38,817 nucleotides of DNA from Bacillota bacterium (GTDB taxonomy: Bacteria > Bacillota > Clostridia > Tissierellales > Peptoniphilaceae), in NCBI GenBank assembly GCA_023442495.1, contig JAEZZB010000017.1:1-38817 (forward strand). Reading direction: 5' to 3'. The notes below the pieces were generated by a model, which saw only the letters and a program-made list of their open reading frames with translations, was not told the DNA's origin and ran no database searches. Of this stretch, positions 11,525 to 20,608 are shown piece after piece (positions within the stretch are counted from its first letter, which is position 1; each line of letters begins with the position of its first letter). The position numbers and the translations under genes were made by a program.

Positions 11525-11563
11525 TCCACCACTTTCTACCACTTTTTACCACTAACTATCCAC
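11525..11563 (-). promoter_or_regulatory. MraZ-binding direct repeats
   Basis: Minus strand GTGGAtagttaGTGGTaaaaaGTGGTagaaaGTGGTggattATG: GTGG(A/T) units at 11/10/10-nt spacing immediately before mraZ, matching known MraZ operator architecture. Confidence 0.85.
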
Positions 11564-11571
11564 TTGCTTTT

Positions 11572-11600
11572 ATTTTAGTATAATTTTCTCTAGATTACAA
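11572..11600 (-). promoter_or_regulatory. Putative sigma-A promoter of the dcw operon
   Basis: TTGTAA (11600-11595), 17 nt, TAAAAT (11577-11572), directly upstream of the MraZ repeats. Confidence 0.65.
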
Positions 11601-11704
11601 GCTAAAAAATTATTAATTTCTATTATGTGAAAACTTTTTTATGAAAAATAAATATCAAATTTAATAAAAAATAAATATACTTTATCTTATTTAGTATGAA
11701 AAAC

Positions 11705-11746
11705 AAAAAAAAAGACAATATACAACTAGTAGTTGTATATCGTCTT
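11705..11746 (-). terminator. Intrinsic terminator after lgt
   Basis: Minus strand AAGACGATATACAACT-ACT-AGTTGTATATTGTCTT (16-bp stem with one G-U pair) followed by a T run. Confidence 0.85.
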
Positions 11747-11819
11747 AAATTAAATTTTAAATTATTTATTTTACAATTAATTTATTATATAGATAAATTA
11801 TTTTTATTATTACTAAATA

Positions 11820-12599
11820 TTACATTTTGTTAATATCATCTTTTATAAATGGTCCTTCAAACTTTTCTTTTTTAGAAAAGAATATCAATATTAAACCTAA
11901 AACTACAAAACCAATAGATATCAATTGTGCAACTCTAATTGGTCCCCACCATAAGCTGTCTGTTCTTAATCCTTCAACAAAAAATCTTAGAATTCCATAG
12001 CAAATTAAATATATACTTGTAATTATGCCAGCTTTAGGATTTTTCTTTCTATAAATATACCAAAGTGACATTGATAAAATAAAATTACCTAGTGATTCAT
12101 ATAAAAATGTTGGATGATATGCTACTCCATCTATAATTACTGCCCAAGGTAAATCTGTAGGCCCACCATGTGCTTCGTTATTAATGAAATTGCCCCATCT
12201 ACCTATTGCCTGAGCTAATGGTAAAAATATAATTATTATATCTGCAAGTTTCATGAAATTAATTTTTCTTTTTTTAGTGAATATTAAACCTGCTATTACC
12301 CCAAAGATGATGCCCCCATGTATTGCAAGACCACCATCTCTTACATTTATCATTTGTAGAATATTATCATATCTATCAAATTCAAAAATAACATACCAAA
12401 GTCTTGCACCAATTATTGCGGCTGGCAATACCCATAAAGCAAGATCAGAAACTATATCTGGGTTTTCCCCTCTCTTTTTTAATTCATTTGATGATAGTAT
12501 AACTGCAAGCATCATTCCTATTACTATTAATAATCCATACCAATAAACATCTATACCAAATAAACTAAAAGCTATTCTACTTCCATTATATTCAAACAT
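11820..12599 (-). CDS. lgt: Prolipoprotein diacylglyceryl transferase
   Basis: YWYG, IIGARLWYV, GGLAIHGG, AIGRWGNFINNE, HPTFLYES, RFFVEGLRTD. Confidence 0.97.
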   Translation of the reverse strand: MFEYNGSRIAFSLFGIDVYWYGLLIVIGMMLAVILSSNELKKRGENPDIVSDLALWVLPAAIIGARLWYVIFEFDRYDNILQMINVRDGGLAIHGGIIFGVIAGLIFTKKRKINFMKLADIIIIFLPLAQAIGRWGNFINNEAHGGPTDLPWAVIIDGVAYHPTFLYESLGNFILSMSLWYIYRKKNPKAGIITSIYLICYGILRFFVEGLRTDSLWWGPIRVAQLISIGFVVLGLILIFFSKKEKFEGPFIKDDINKM

Positions 12600-12600
12600 T

Positions 12601-13281
12601 TTAACTCCTTAATTTATCTTTATTATTCTTTAAAATTATAGAAAAGATTGAAAATAATACTACTAAATGAACAAATAAATTTTTTGCGATTCTAATCGCC
12701 ATATTCATAAAGAAATCCTGTGGTAACATTCTAATCATAATATCCGTTCTAGGATTTAATAACCATAAATCATTATTAAAAAATAATTCATGGAATTTAA
12801 TAAAAGCTGAATCGAAATCTATTGATATAATACCCACTAAAATAATAATAGCTAATAAAATAATCAAAAATGCATTTCTTACATATCTCAATTCGTTATA
12901 TAAATTTATTTTTTTCTTATATGAAAGCACTAAATATATTATACAAGCTATTAAAATAGATGATGTAATATATGTAACTATCATATTTAGATTATATAAT
13001 TTATAAACATCAAGCATATGAGCAACTTCTCTTTTGTTGAAATCCTTATTAATTAAAGATTCATCTCCACTATAAATATAATCTATTAGATTGGAATACA
13101 TATCTTCAAGTTTATCAGCATTAAGCCCTGTATATTCTGTTATATTATTTTTTTGTGAATATTCATAATAATAGTTCTTATCTTTTGTTATGATATTTAT
13201 AGACATACTAATTGAAAATAATATAGCTGAAAGGGCTATAAAAATAAATACGATTTTTTTTATTATTGTATTCTTTTTCAT
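12601..13281 (-). CDS. Integral membrane protein, TIGR01906/DUF1461-like
   Basis: About 4 TMs; F..RE..HM.DV..L and F..FHELFFNNDLWLLNP.TD.MI.MLPQ.FF motifs. Confidence 0.8.
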   Translation of the reverse strand: MKKNTIIKKIVFIFIALSAILFSISMSINIITKDKNYYYEYSQKNNITEYTGLNADKLEDMYSNLIDYIYSGDESLINKDFNKREVAHMLDVYKLYNLNMIVTYITSSILIACIIYLVLSYKKKINLYNELRYVRNAFLIILLAIIILVGIISIDFDSAFIKFHELFFNNDLWLLNPRTDIMIRMLPQDFFMNMAIRIAKNLFVHLVVLFSIFSIILKNNKDKLRS

Positions 13282-13291
13282 ACTACCTCAA

Positions 13292-13954
13292 TCAATAAAT
13301 TAATTCGTTATCTTTTACTTGTATTTGTAATTCTCTTATAATTTCAATATCTATATTATCACTTGTAATTTCTAAAAGTGCATCCTTAAATTTTGAATAA
13401 TCATCGATTTTAATATAAAAAACATTGTGTATTTTTTCTAGGTATTCACGTTCTTTTAAATGATACATTTCTTTACTTATAAAATTATCTATTTTACCAA
13501 GAAATGTGTAATCAAATTCTACTTTTACTTCATAAAAATTTCTAAGCCATACAATATCACTTACACTTATAGCATCAGAAACCCCTTTACCATAAGCTCT
13601 AATTAAACCTGATGCTCCAAGTTTTTTCCCACCAAAATATCTAGTTACAACTACAACTACATTCGTTAAATCCTCTTTTTTAAGGACTTCCAACATAGGA
13701 ATTCCTGCTGTACCTTGCGGTTCCCCATCATCATTATATCTTTGTATCATTTTCGTTGGTCCATTGATATATGCTGTACAATTATGAGTTGCATCTTTAT
13801 ATTTCTTATTTATTTCTTCTATAAATGCTAATGATTCTTCTTCCGAATTACTTCTTTTAATACTAGTGATAAATCTTGATTTATTAATTTCAATTTCTGT
13901 TTGAAATTCTCCATATATTGTTTTAAATTCTTTTTTTGATGACATTTCTACCAT
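13292..13954 (-). CDS. yigZ: YigZ/IMPACT family protein
   Basis: KSRFI, ATHNCTAY, DDGEPQGTAG, VVTRYFGG.KLGASGLIRAY. The start could instead be 13945. Confidence 0.93.
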   Translation of the reverse strand: MVEMSSKKEFKTIYGEFQTEIEINKSRFITSIKRSNSEEESLAFIEEINKKYKDATHNCTAYINGPTKMIQRYNDDGEPQGTAGIPMLEVLKKEDLTNVVVVVTRYFGGKKLGASGLIRAYGKGVSDAISVSDIVWLRNFYEVKVEFDYTFLGKIDNFISKEMYHLKEREYLEKIHNVFYIKIDDYSKFKDALLEITSDNIDIEIIRELQIQVKDNELIY

Positions 13955-13964
13955 TTACTTTCTA

Positions 13965-15224
13965 TTATTCAATCAAATATTTACTATATTTTACAACTTC
14001 ATTTTTAGGAATATATAAATATGTGATTACACCAGTTTCATTAAATTCTTGTTTATCTTTTAATTCAATAGCAATTAAATCCTTTACTTTATCATATTCG
14101 CTATATGGAATATTGACTTTGTAATATTCATAATTCTTAAATAATAAGGATTGTATCTTATTTACCAATTTTTGTATGTCTTTTGAATCTTTTGCGCTAA
14201 TATATATTTCATTTTCAAAATTATCAAAATGTCTAAAATCAGGATTCAAGTCCATTTTGTTAAATACATATAAGATTTCTTTATCTACAATATTCATATC
14301 TTTTAAAATATCTCTAGTAGCTTCAAGCTGCAATTCGTAATTATCATTCGAAATATCCATTACAATAATAAGTAAATCTGAATCATTAATCTCTTCTAAT
14401 GTTGATTTAAATGACTCGATAAGCTTTGTAGGGAGATTTGAAACAAAGCCTACTGTATCAGAAATAATTACATCTTTGCCATTTTCAAGCAAAATATTTC
14501 TAGATGATGTTTCAAGCGTAGCAAATAATAAATTATCTGCATATACATTTTTTGAATTGCTACTATATAAATTTGATATTTGATTTTGAATAGTTGATTT
14601 CCCTGAATTAGAATAACCAATTAATGAACATACTTTTATAGGTGAATTAATTCTTTTCTTTCGTTTAACACTTCTTCTTTGAAATTCATTTGCTAATTTA
14701 TGTTTTATCGAATTTATTTCACGTTGAATAGAACGTCTATCCATTTCTAATTTTTGTTCTCCAGGTCCCCTTGTACCTATTCCGGCACCTTCACGTGATA
14801 GATAATTTCTGAAACCTACAAGTCTTGGTAGTCTATATTCTAATTGTGCTAATTTTACTTGCAATTTTGATTCTCTAGTCTTTGCTCTGGTCGCAAATAT
14901 ATCTAATATCAAACCTGTTCTATCTACAATTTTTCGTTCAATTATATCTTCAAGATTTTTCATTTGTGATCCTGTTAGTTCATGATTGAATACAATTGTT
15001 TGTATTTCATGATTATCAACTATTTGTTTTATTTCCAATGCTTTACCGGATCCAATAAAATATTTAGGATTAACTTTTGATGAATTTTGAACTACTTCAA
15101 AAACAACTTCTCCACCCGAAGCACGAACCAATTCGTTTATCTCTAAAATTTGATATTTCAATTCATCATCAGAATGTTCATCATTAATATTTAACAATAC
15201 TACTAAAACTTTTTCTTTTTCCAT
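13965..15224 (-). CDS. hflX: Ribosome-splitting GTPase HflX
   Basis: IGSGK, ILDIFATRA, LAQLEYRLPRL, GIGTRGPGE, G1 GYSNSGKST, LFATL, DTVGF, NKMD, SAK. Confidence 0.96.
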   Translation of the reverse strand: MEKEKVLVVLLNINDEHSDDELKYQILEINELVRASGGEVVFEVVQNSSKVNPKYFIGSGKALEIKQIVDNHEIQTIVFNHELTGSQMKNLEDIIERKIVDRTGLILDIFATRAKTRESKLQVKLAQLEYRLPRLVGFRNYLSREGAGIGTRGPGEQKLEMDRRSIQREINSIKHKLANEFQRRSVKRKKRINSPIKVCSLIGYSNSGKSTIQNQISNLYSSNSKNVYADNLLFATLETSSRNILLENGKDVIISDTVGFVSNLPTKLIESFKSTLEEINDSDLLIIVMDISNDNYELQLEATRDILKDMNIVDKEILYVFNKMDLNPDFRHFDNFENEIYISAKDSKDIQKLVNKIQSLLFKNYEYYKVNIPYSEYDKVKDLIAIELKDKQEFNETGVITYLYIPKNEVVKYSKYLIE

Positions 15225-15245
15225 TATTCCTCTTTCCTAAATTAC

Positions 15246-15303
15246 ATTATATCAAACCTGTAATTTTATGTATATTTTAATTGAAAAATAATTATGATAT
15301 AAT
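15246..15303. promoter_or_regulatory. Back-to-back extended -10 promoters (hflX leftward, class A PBP rightward)
   Basis: TGATATAAT on the minus strand at 15254-15246 and on the plus strand at 15295-15303; SD AAGGAG before the ATG at 15337. Confidence 0.6.
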
Positions 15304-15336
15304 ATAGTAACTTGAATGATTAGTTAAGGAGAAGAT

Positions 15337-18300
15337 ATGACAAAGAAAATAATGACACCTATTTTGAAAATAATAGGCAGAATACTTCAAGTATTATTAT
15401 TATTTATTCTGGTCGGTGGTATAATGGCAACTATTGTTGGAGCTATGCTAGGCATATCAATGATTAAAGTTGCACAGACAGCACCAGATGTTAATCCAAA
15501 TAATATTCTATTAAGTTTAAACCAAAACTCTAAAATTTATGATAAAGATGGAAAATTAATAGAATCTGTTGCATATGATGAATACAGAGAAATAGTAAAA
15601 ATTGAAGATATTCCAAATTATTTGCAAAAAGCATTTATAAGTATCGAAGATGAAAGATTTTATAAACATAAAGGTGTTGACCCTATCAGTGTCGCAAGAG
15701 CTTTTTTAAGTAATTTATCATCTGGTGGAATTTCTCAAGGTGGTTCAACAATTACGCAACAATTAATTAAGAATGTTTATCTTTCTGATGAAGTAGCATG
15801 GGAAAGAAAAATAGTAGAAATGTATTTAGCTTTACAAGTTGAAACAAAGATAGATAAAGATCACATATTAGAAGGATATCTAAATAGAGTATTTATGGGC
15901 CAACATGCATATGGTGTGCAAGCAGCTTCTGAAACATATTTTAGTAAACCTGTTTCAGAATTAAATCTTAAACAATCTGCAGCTTTGGCTTCCATTGTGC
16001 AAGCTCCGACTTCATACGCTTTATTTGAATTATATAGACCAGCTGATGTTCCAGAAGGAGCAGTAGTTTTATCTGATTATAATTTATATGGTGAAAAATA
16101 TGTAGCTGTAGCAAATGATACAATATTAAAAAGAGTTGATAGTACGCTATACAAAATGTTTGAACTTGGATACATTAGTGAAGAAGAATATCAAGAAGCT
16201 AAAAACTTTGATTTAATGGCTAGTGTAGTTCCTTCCAATAAACTTGACATAACTTATCCATCACATATTTCTGGGCTTATTAAGAAACAAGCTATTGAAG
16301 AAATAATGAAATCTCAAAATTTAGATAAAAAAGAAGCTAGAAATTTATTATATACTGGCGGCCTTTCAATCTATACAACTATTGATTGGAATTTACAACA
16401 AAAAATAGAAGAAGCCTATGATAATTTTGCTAATTTATTTGATAGTTCAAGTGGGCCATTACTAGCTGATATAACATTGGATGAATTTGGTGATATTGTT
16501 ACAAGTAATGGAAACAAGTTATATTATAAAAAATCAAATATATTAACAGATGATAATAAACTATACTTGCCAAATGGATGGTATACAATCTCAGAAAATG
16601 GAGACTTAACTGTTAAATCCGCTAGATTCTCTATGGCATCTAATCGTATAGATGTCGTTCCATATTATACAATTAATGATAATAATGAGCTTGTGACCTA
16701 TAGAATTGGTTCAATTGAATTACCAAGCAAATATGCAAAATCTAACGAGGACGGAAGTTTTACAATAAGTGGTGAATTCTTTAATACTGTACAAAACTTC
16801 TATACAATAGAAGATGGAAGACTTGTATTAAATGATTCTTTCTATACTTTAGAAACTCAAGGTACAGTACAGCCTCAGTCTGCTAGTGTTGTATTGGATT
16901 CCAAAACAGCTGAAGTTGTTGCTATAATGTCAAAAAGAGGTAAAAGTTCTGATGATACTATTGATAGAGCTACACAATTCACTAGACCACCAGCATCATC
17001 ATTTAAGCCACTTGCAGTATATGCTCCTGCTTTAGAAGAAGGGAGAACATTAGCTACTCCAATAGATGATACACCATTTATGATGCTTGATGACAGTGCA
17101 TGGCCAAAAAACTTTGATGGAAACTATTATGGAGTTGTTACTACAAGAGAAGCTCTATTCAAATCACTGAACCCACCAGCTATTAAGATATTCAATGAAA
17201 TGGGTATTGAAACTTCAATGAAATATCTTGAAAGATTCGGTATTATAAATGCTGAAAATCCTGAAGAAGATAATTTTATTACAAAAGAAGAAGATTTATC
17301 TGATAATGACGAAACTCTTTCAACTGCACTTGGTGGTTTGTCAGAAGGTATGACTGTTTATGATATGGCTTCTGCATATCAAACTTTCGCCAATGGTGGT
17401 GAAAGAATTGAATCTTCAATAATTACAAGCATCAGTTCTAATTCACTAGGTGAAATATATAAAAATGAACATAAACCAATTAAAGTAATATCTGAAGAAA
17501 CTAACTGGTTGATAGGAAATGTATTACAAAATATAGCTTCTCAAGATTATTTAGGAGTAATATCAAGAAGTGATATATTTACTGCTGGTAAAACTGGTAC
17601 ACAAAATGATCAAAGAGACTTTTGGTTTGTTGGTTATAATCCCTACTATACAGCAGCTACATGGGTAGGCTTTGATAATAATGCTATTAGTATGACAGGA
17701 AATTCATCAAATGCATCTAAAATTTGGAATTCATATATGTCAAAATTTATAGAAGATAAAGATCCTGCAACATTTAAAAGACCTGAAAGAATTATAACTA
17801 AAGAAGTAAGTAAATTAGATGGTCTTCTACCTTCTCCATTTACTTATAAAGATTTACGTGGTAGTATGGCTTACACAGAATTCTTCAAATCTGGAACAGA
17901 GCCTACAAAGATGTCTGAAGCCAGTGTTGAAGTAAAAATCGATACAAGAAATAATAAATTGGCACCAGCAAATGCACCAAAAAATGCTAAAGTTATTCAA
18001 AATAAAGTTTTTATGAAAAGACCTTTCTCATATAATCCTAGTGCATTTAATAATATATTACCACTGGACTGGAAATATCAAGTTCCAACTCAGTACTCCG
18101 ATTTACCATTTGTTGATGAAACTAAGACTGAAACAAGGCAGGATGGTACTGTAGTTGTAACTACTACAAAAGTGGATGGTACAATAATTATTGTTATAAC
18201 TCAACCTGATGGAACTAAAATAACTCAAACTACAACTCCGGACGGAAAAGTAACTACAAAAACTGAAAAACCAAAGGTTGAAACTAAGAAGGAAACTGAA

Positions 18301-18417
18301 AAAGAAACCAAAAAGGAAAGCGAAAAAGAAACAGAGCGTGAACAAAATAATAACAGTTCAAATAGCTCAAATAGCCCAAATAGAACAGATAATAATTCTA
18401 GAAATCGTTCTAACTAA
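15337..18417 (+). CDS. Class A bifunctional penicillin-binding protein (PBP1A family)
   Basis: N-terminal TM; glycosyltransferase motifs EDERFYKHKG, GGSTITQQ and RKIVE; transpeptidase motifs SSFK, SLN and KTGT; low-complexity C-terminal tail. Confidence 0.95.
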   Translation: MTKKIMTPILKIIGRILQVLLLFILVGGIMATIVGAMLGISMIKVAQTAPDVNPNNILLSLNQNSKIYDKDGKLIESVAYDEYREIVKIEDIPNYLQKAFISIEDERFYKHKGVDPISVARAFLSNLSSGGISQGGSTITQQLIKNVYLSDEVAWERKIVEMYLALQVETKIDKDHILEGYLNRVFMGQHAYGVQAASETYFSKPVSELNLKQSAALASIVQAPTSYALFELYRPADVPEGAVVLSDYNLYGEKYVAVANDTILKRVDSTLYKMFELGYISEEEYQEAKNFDLMASVVPSNKLDITYPSHISGLIKKQAIEEIMKSQNLDKKEARNLLYTGGLSIYTTIDWNLQQKIEEAYDNFANLFDSSSGPLLADITLDEFGDIVTSNGNKLYYKKSNILTDDNKLYLPNGWYTISENGDLTVKSARFSMASNRIDVVPYYTINDNNELVTYRIGSIELPSKYAKSNEDGSFTISGEFFNTVQNFYTIEDGRLVLNDSFYTLETQGTVQPQSASVVLDSKTAEVVAIMSKRGKSSDDTIDRATQFTRPPASSFKPLAVYAPALEEGRTLATPIDDTPFMMLDDSAWPKNFDGNYYGVVTTREALFKSLNPPAIKIFNEMGIETSMKYLERFGIINAENPEEDNFITKEEDLSDNDETLSTALGGLSEGMTVYDMASAYQTFANGGERIESSIITSISSNSLGEIYKNEHKPIKVISEETNWLIGNVLQNIASQDYLGVISRSDIFTAGKTGTQNDQRDFWFVGYNPYYTAATWVGFDNNAISMTGNSSNASKIWNSYMSKFIEDKDPATFKRPERIITKEVSKLDGLLPSPFTYKDLRGSMAYTEFFKSGTEPTKMSEASVEVKIDTRNNKLAPANAPKNAKVIQNKVFMKRPFSYNPSAFNNILPLDWKYQVPTQYSDLPFVDETKTETRQDGTVVVTTTKVDGTIIIVITQPDGTKITQTTTPDGKVTTKTEKPKVETKKETEKETKKESEKETEREQNNNSSNSSNSPNRTDNNSRNRSN
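18118..18273 (+). repeat. 33-nt/11-aa tandem repeat in the PBP1A tail
   Basis: ETKTETRQDGT/VVVTTTKVDGT/IIIVITQPDGT/KITQTTTPDGK/VTTKTEKP; GAYGG recurs at 18142, 18175, 18208 and 18241. Confidence 0.8.
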
Positions 18418-18439
18418 TTAAGCTTTATTATAGTTAAAG

Positions 18440-18462
18440 AAAAGCCCTTATGGGCTTTTTTT
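18440..18462 (+). terminator. Intrinsic terminator after the class A PBP
   Basis: AAAAGCCC-TTAT-GGGCTTTTTTT. Confidence 0.75.
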
Positions 18463-18475
18463 ATAAGGAGGATTT

Positions 18476-19168
18476 ATGAAAGAACATATACTTATTGTTG
18501 AAGATGAATTAGGAATAGCAACAATGGAAAAAAACTACCTTGAAAAATCCGGTTTTCAAACTACAATGGCACATGATGGAAATGAAGCTGTAAACTTATT
18601 TTATAAGCATAATTTTGATCTAATACTTCTAGATTTAATGATTCCAAAACTTTCTGGAGAACAAGTTTTAACCTTAATAAGGGAAGAATCTGATATTCCA
18701 ATAATTCTCGTAACAGCTAAAGTAAATGAAAATGATGTTTTACAAGGTTTTAGATCTGGTGCTGATGATTATATTAAAAAACCATTTTCTGGTAATGAAT
18801 TAGTGGAAAGAGTTAAAGCCGTTTTAAGAAGATCTAAAACTAATAGCTCTAATGTTATAGTTTCGAAAGATGGAAGACTTAAAGTAGATATTGAAAATAA
18901 TAGAGTATTAAAAGATGGTGTAGAAATTCCTTTTACTAAAAACGAACTTCTAATCATTCAAACTCTATACTCTAATCCAATGAAGACTTTTACTAGAAAT
19001 GAAATTATAGAAATTTCTTTTGGTTATGATTATGATGCATTTGATAGAGCTGTAGATACTCATATTAAAAATATCAGACAAAAAGTTGAAGACAATCCTA
19101 AAGATCAACATTATATACGCACTATTTATGGACTTGGGTATAAAGCTGGTGATGTAGATGAAACTTAG
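18476..19168 (+). CDS. OmpR/PhoB family response regulator
   Basis: ILIVEDE, phosphoacceptor LDLMIP, TA, GADDYIKKPF, and winged helix with RAVDTHIKNIRQK and IRTIYGLGYK. Confidence 0.95.
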   Translation: MKEHILIVEDELGIATMEKNYLEKSGFQTTMAHDGNEAVNLFYKHNFDLILLDLMIPKLSGEQVLTLIREESDIPIILVTAKVNENDVLQGFRSGADDYIKKPFSGNELVERVKAVLRRSKTNSSNVIVSKDGRLKVDIENNRVLKDGVEIPFTKNELLIIQTLYSNPMKTFTRNEIIEISFGYDYDAFDRAVDTHIKNIRQKVEDNPKDQHYIRTIYGLGYKAGDVDET

Positions 19169-20486
19169 TTCAAAGCTGAATAAATACTTTATAATTTTAC
19201 TTATAATAACAATTTTAGTTTCAGCTTTTACATCAATATATATTTTCAGTAATTCTTTTGAACGTTTTGCTAATATTGAAAGAAAACAAAAATTTGATCT
19301 TATATCTGAAGATTTAAACAGGATATCTAGACTTGATGATGGACTAAATCCTACAATATTACAAATATATGCAGAAAGTGAAGATATATATATTAAAGTA
19401 TTTGATAAATATAAAAAATTAGTATTTGAATATGATGGAATAAAAAGAGAAACTAGAGATAAAAAATTAAATTTCTTAAAAATTAAATATAATTTAGTAA
19501 ATCAAAATAACAAGGCTATAGGCTATTTAGAAATTGAATATCCAGATAATATATTTGAATATGATGAAGGAATACGTCAATTTAGAAAGGAAATGGTTAG
19601 AAACTTCTCTTTGGTATTTATACTTTTAACAATATTAGGTTCAATATCAATACTATTTGTAAGTAAAACTATTACAGATCCTATCACATATATCAAAAAT
19701 CAATCCAATAAGATTAGAAATAGAAATTATGATATTCAAAGGAAAAATTTCGATATATATGAACTAGATGAATTAAGTGCAGATATTTCATATCTTGCTA
19801 CTTCACTAAGTTTACAAGATAAATATAGACTAGATTATGCCAAAGATATTGCACATGAACTTAGAACTCCTCTAACTAATCTTATGCTCCATTTAGATGG
19901 TATCAAGGATGACGTAATTGAAGCTGATGACGATACAGTAGACTTACTATTATCAGAAACAAAAAGATTATCTTCAATGATAAATAATTTGGAAGCAAGC
20001 TTTAGTTCAAATGAAAATATGACAAAATTAGATATTGAAAAAGTAGATTTGTCACAATTGCTTAAGATAGTTTCATCATCTTTTATTCCTTTAATTCAGG
20101 AATATAATATTGAACTTGAAACCTATTTTGTTGATGATGTAGAAATAGATACTGATATCAATAAATTCAAACAAGTCTTATCAAATATAATTTCTAATGC
20201 AATAAAAGCAATTGAAACTAATGGAAAGATAATCATAACTCAAAGACATTTTAAAAATAGAGAAGTTATAAGTATTGAGGATAACGGAGTAGGCATTGAT
20301 AAGGAAAATATAGAACATATTTTTGAAAGATTCTATAGAGTTGACAATGTAAGAAATACAAAAGTAAGTGGACATGGTCTAGGCCTATCAATAGTTAAAA
20401 CATATATAGATCTACTAGGTTATAATATCAGTGTAAATTCTACCCTAGGGAAAGGAACTGAATTTATAATTACAATACCACATTAA
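19158..20486 (+). CDS. Membrane sensor histidine kinase (HAMP-HisKA-HATPase, BaeS-like)
   Basis: Two TMs flanking an extracellular loop; H-box AHELRTPL, N-box NIISNAIK, DNGVGI, IFERFYR, GHGLGLSI; overlaps the regulator. Confidence 0.95.
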   Translation: MKLSSKLNKYFIILLIITILVSAFTSIYIFSNSFERFANIERKQKFDLISEDLNRISRLDDGLNPTILQIYAESEDIYIKVFDKYKKLVFEYDGIKRETRDKKLNFLKIKYNLVNQNNKAIGYLEIEYPDNIFEYDEGIRQFRKEMVRNFSLVFILLTILGSISILFVSKTITDPITYIKNQSNKIRNRNYDIQRKNFDIYELDELSADISYLATSLSLQDKYRLDYAKDIAHELRTPLTNLMLHLDGIKDDVIEADDDTVDLLLSETKRLSSMINNLEASFSSNENMTKLDIEKVDLSQLLKIVSSSFIPLIQEYNIELETYFVDDVEIDTDINKFKQVLSNIISNAIKAIETNGKIIITQRHFKNREVISIEDNGVGIDKENIEHIFERFYRVDNVRNTKVSGHGLGLSIVKTYIDLLGYNISVNSTLGKGTEFIITIPH

Positions 20487-20489
20487 AAT

Positions 20490-20534
20490 AACTACAATTC
20501 ATTAGCTTATAACTAATAGAATTGTAGTTTTATT
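20490..20534. terminator. Probable bidirectional terminator between convergent histidine kinase and MATE genes
   Basis: AACTACAATTC-ATTAG-loop-CTAAT-A-GAATTGTAGTT followed by TTATT. Confidence 0.7.
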
Positions 20535-20608
20535 ATGTTCTAATTGATTTACTCTAAATCTTAAAATTAAAATGATACTATTTTATATTTAATATCGAAA
20601 AGAAAATG

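Noticed and set aside
11525..11563. Short periodic repeats as a possible CRISPR remnant or iteron
   Set aside because: The 5-bp units with a 10-nt period match MraZ operator boxes; there are no spacers or cas genes.
11601..11819. Long AT-rich gap between lgt and mraZ as a possible sRNA or repeat element
   Set aside because: Explained by a terminator and promoter-upstream AT tracts; no other structure or repeat seen.
8907..12546. Short alternative-frame or antisense ORFs (8907, 9048, 9584, 11210, 12253)
   Set aside because: Overlap well-supported dcw and lgt genes, with no independent evidence.
13965..15336. hflX as a possible antibiotic-inducible HflXr
   Set aside because: The promoter lies about 20 nt from the start, with no leader peptide or attenuator. 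The G1/G2 variants alone are not evidence.
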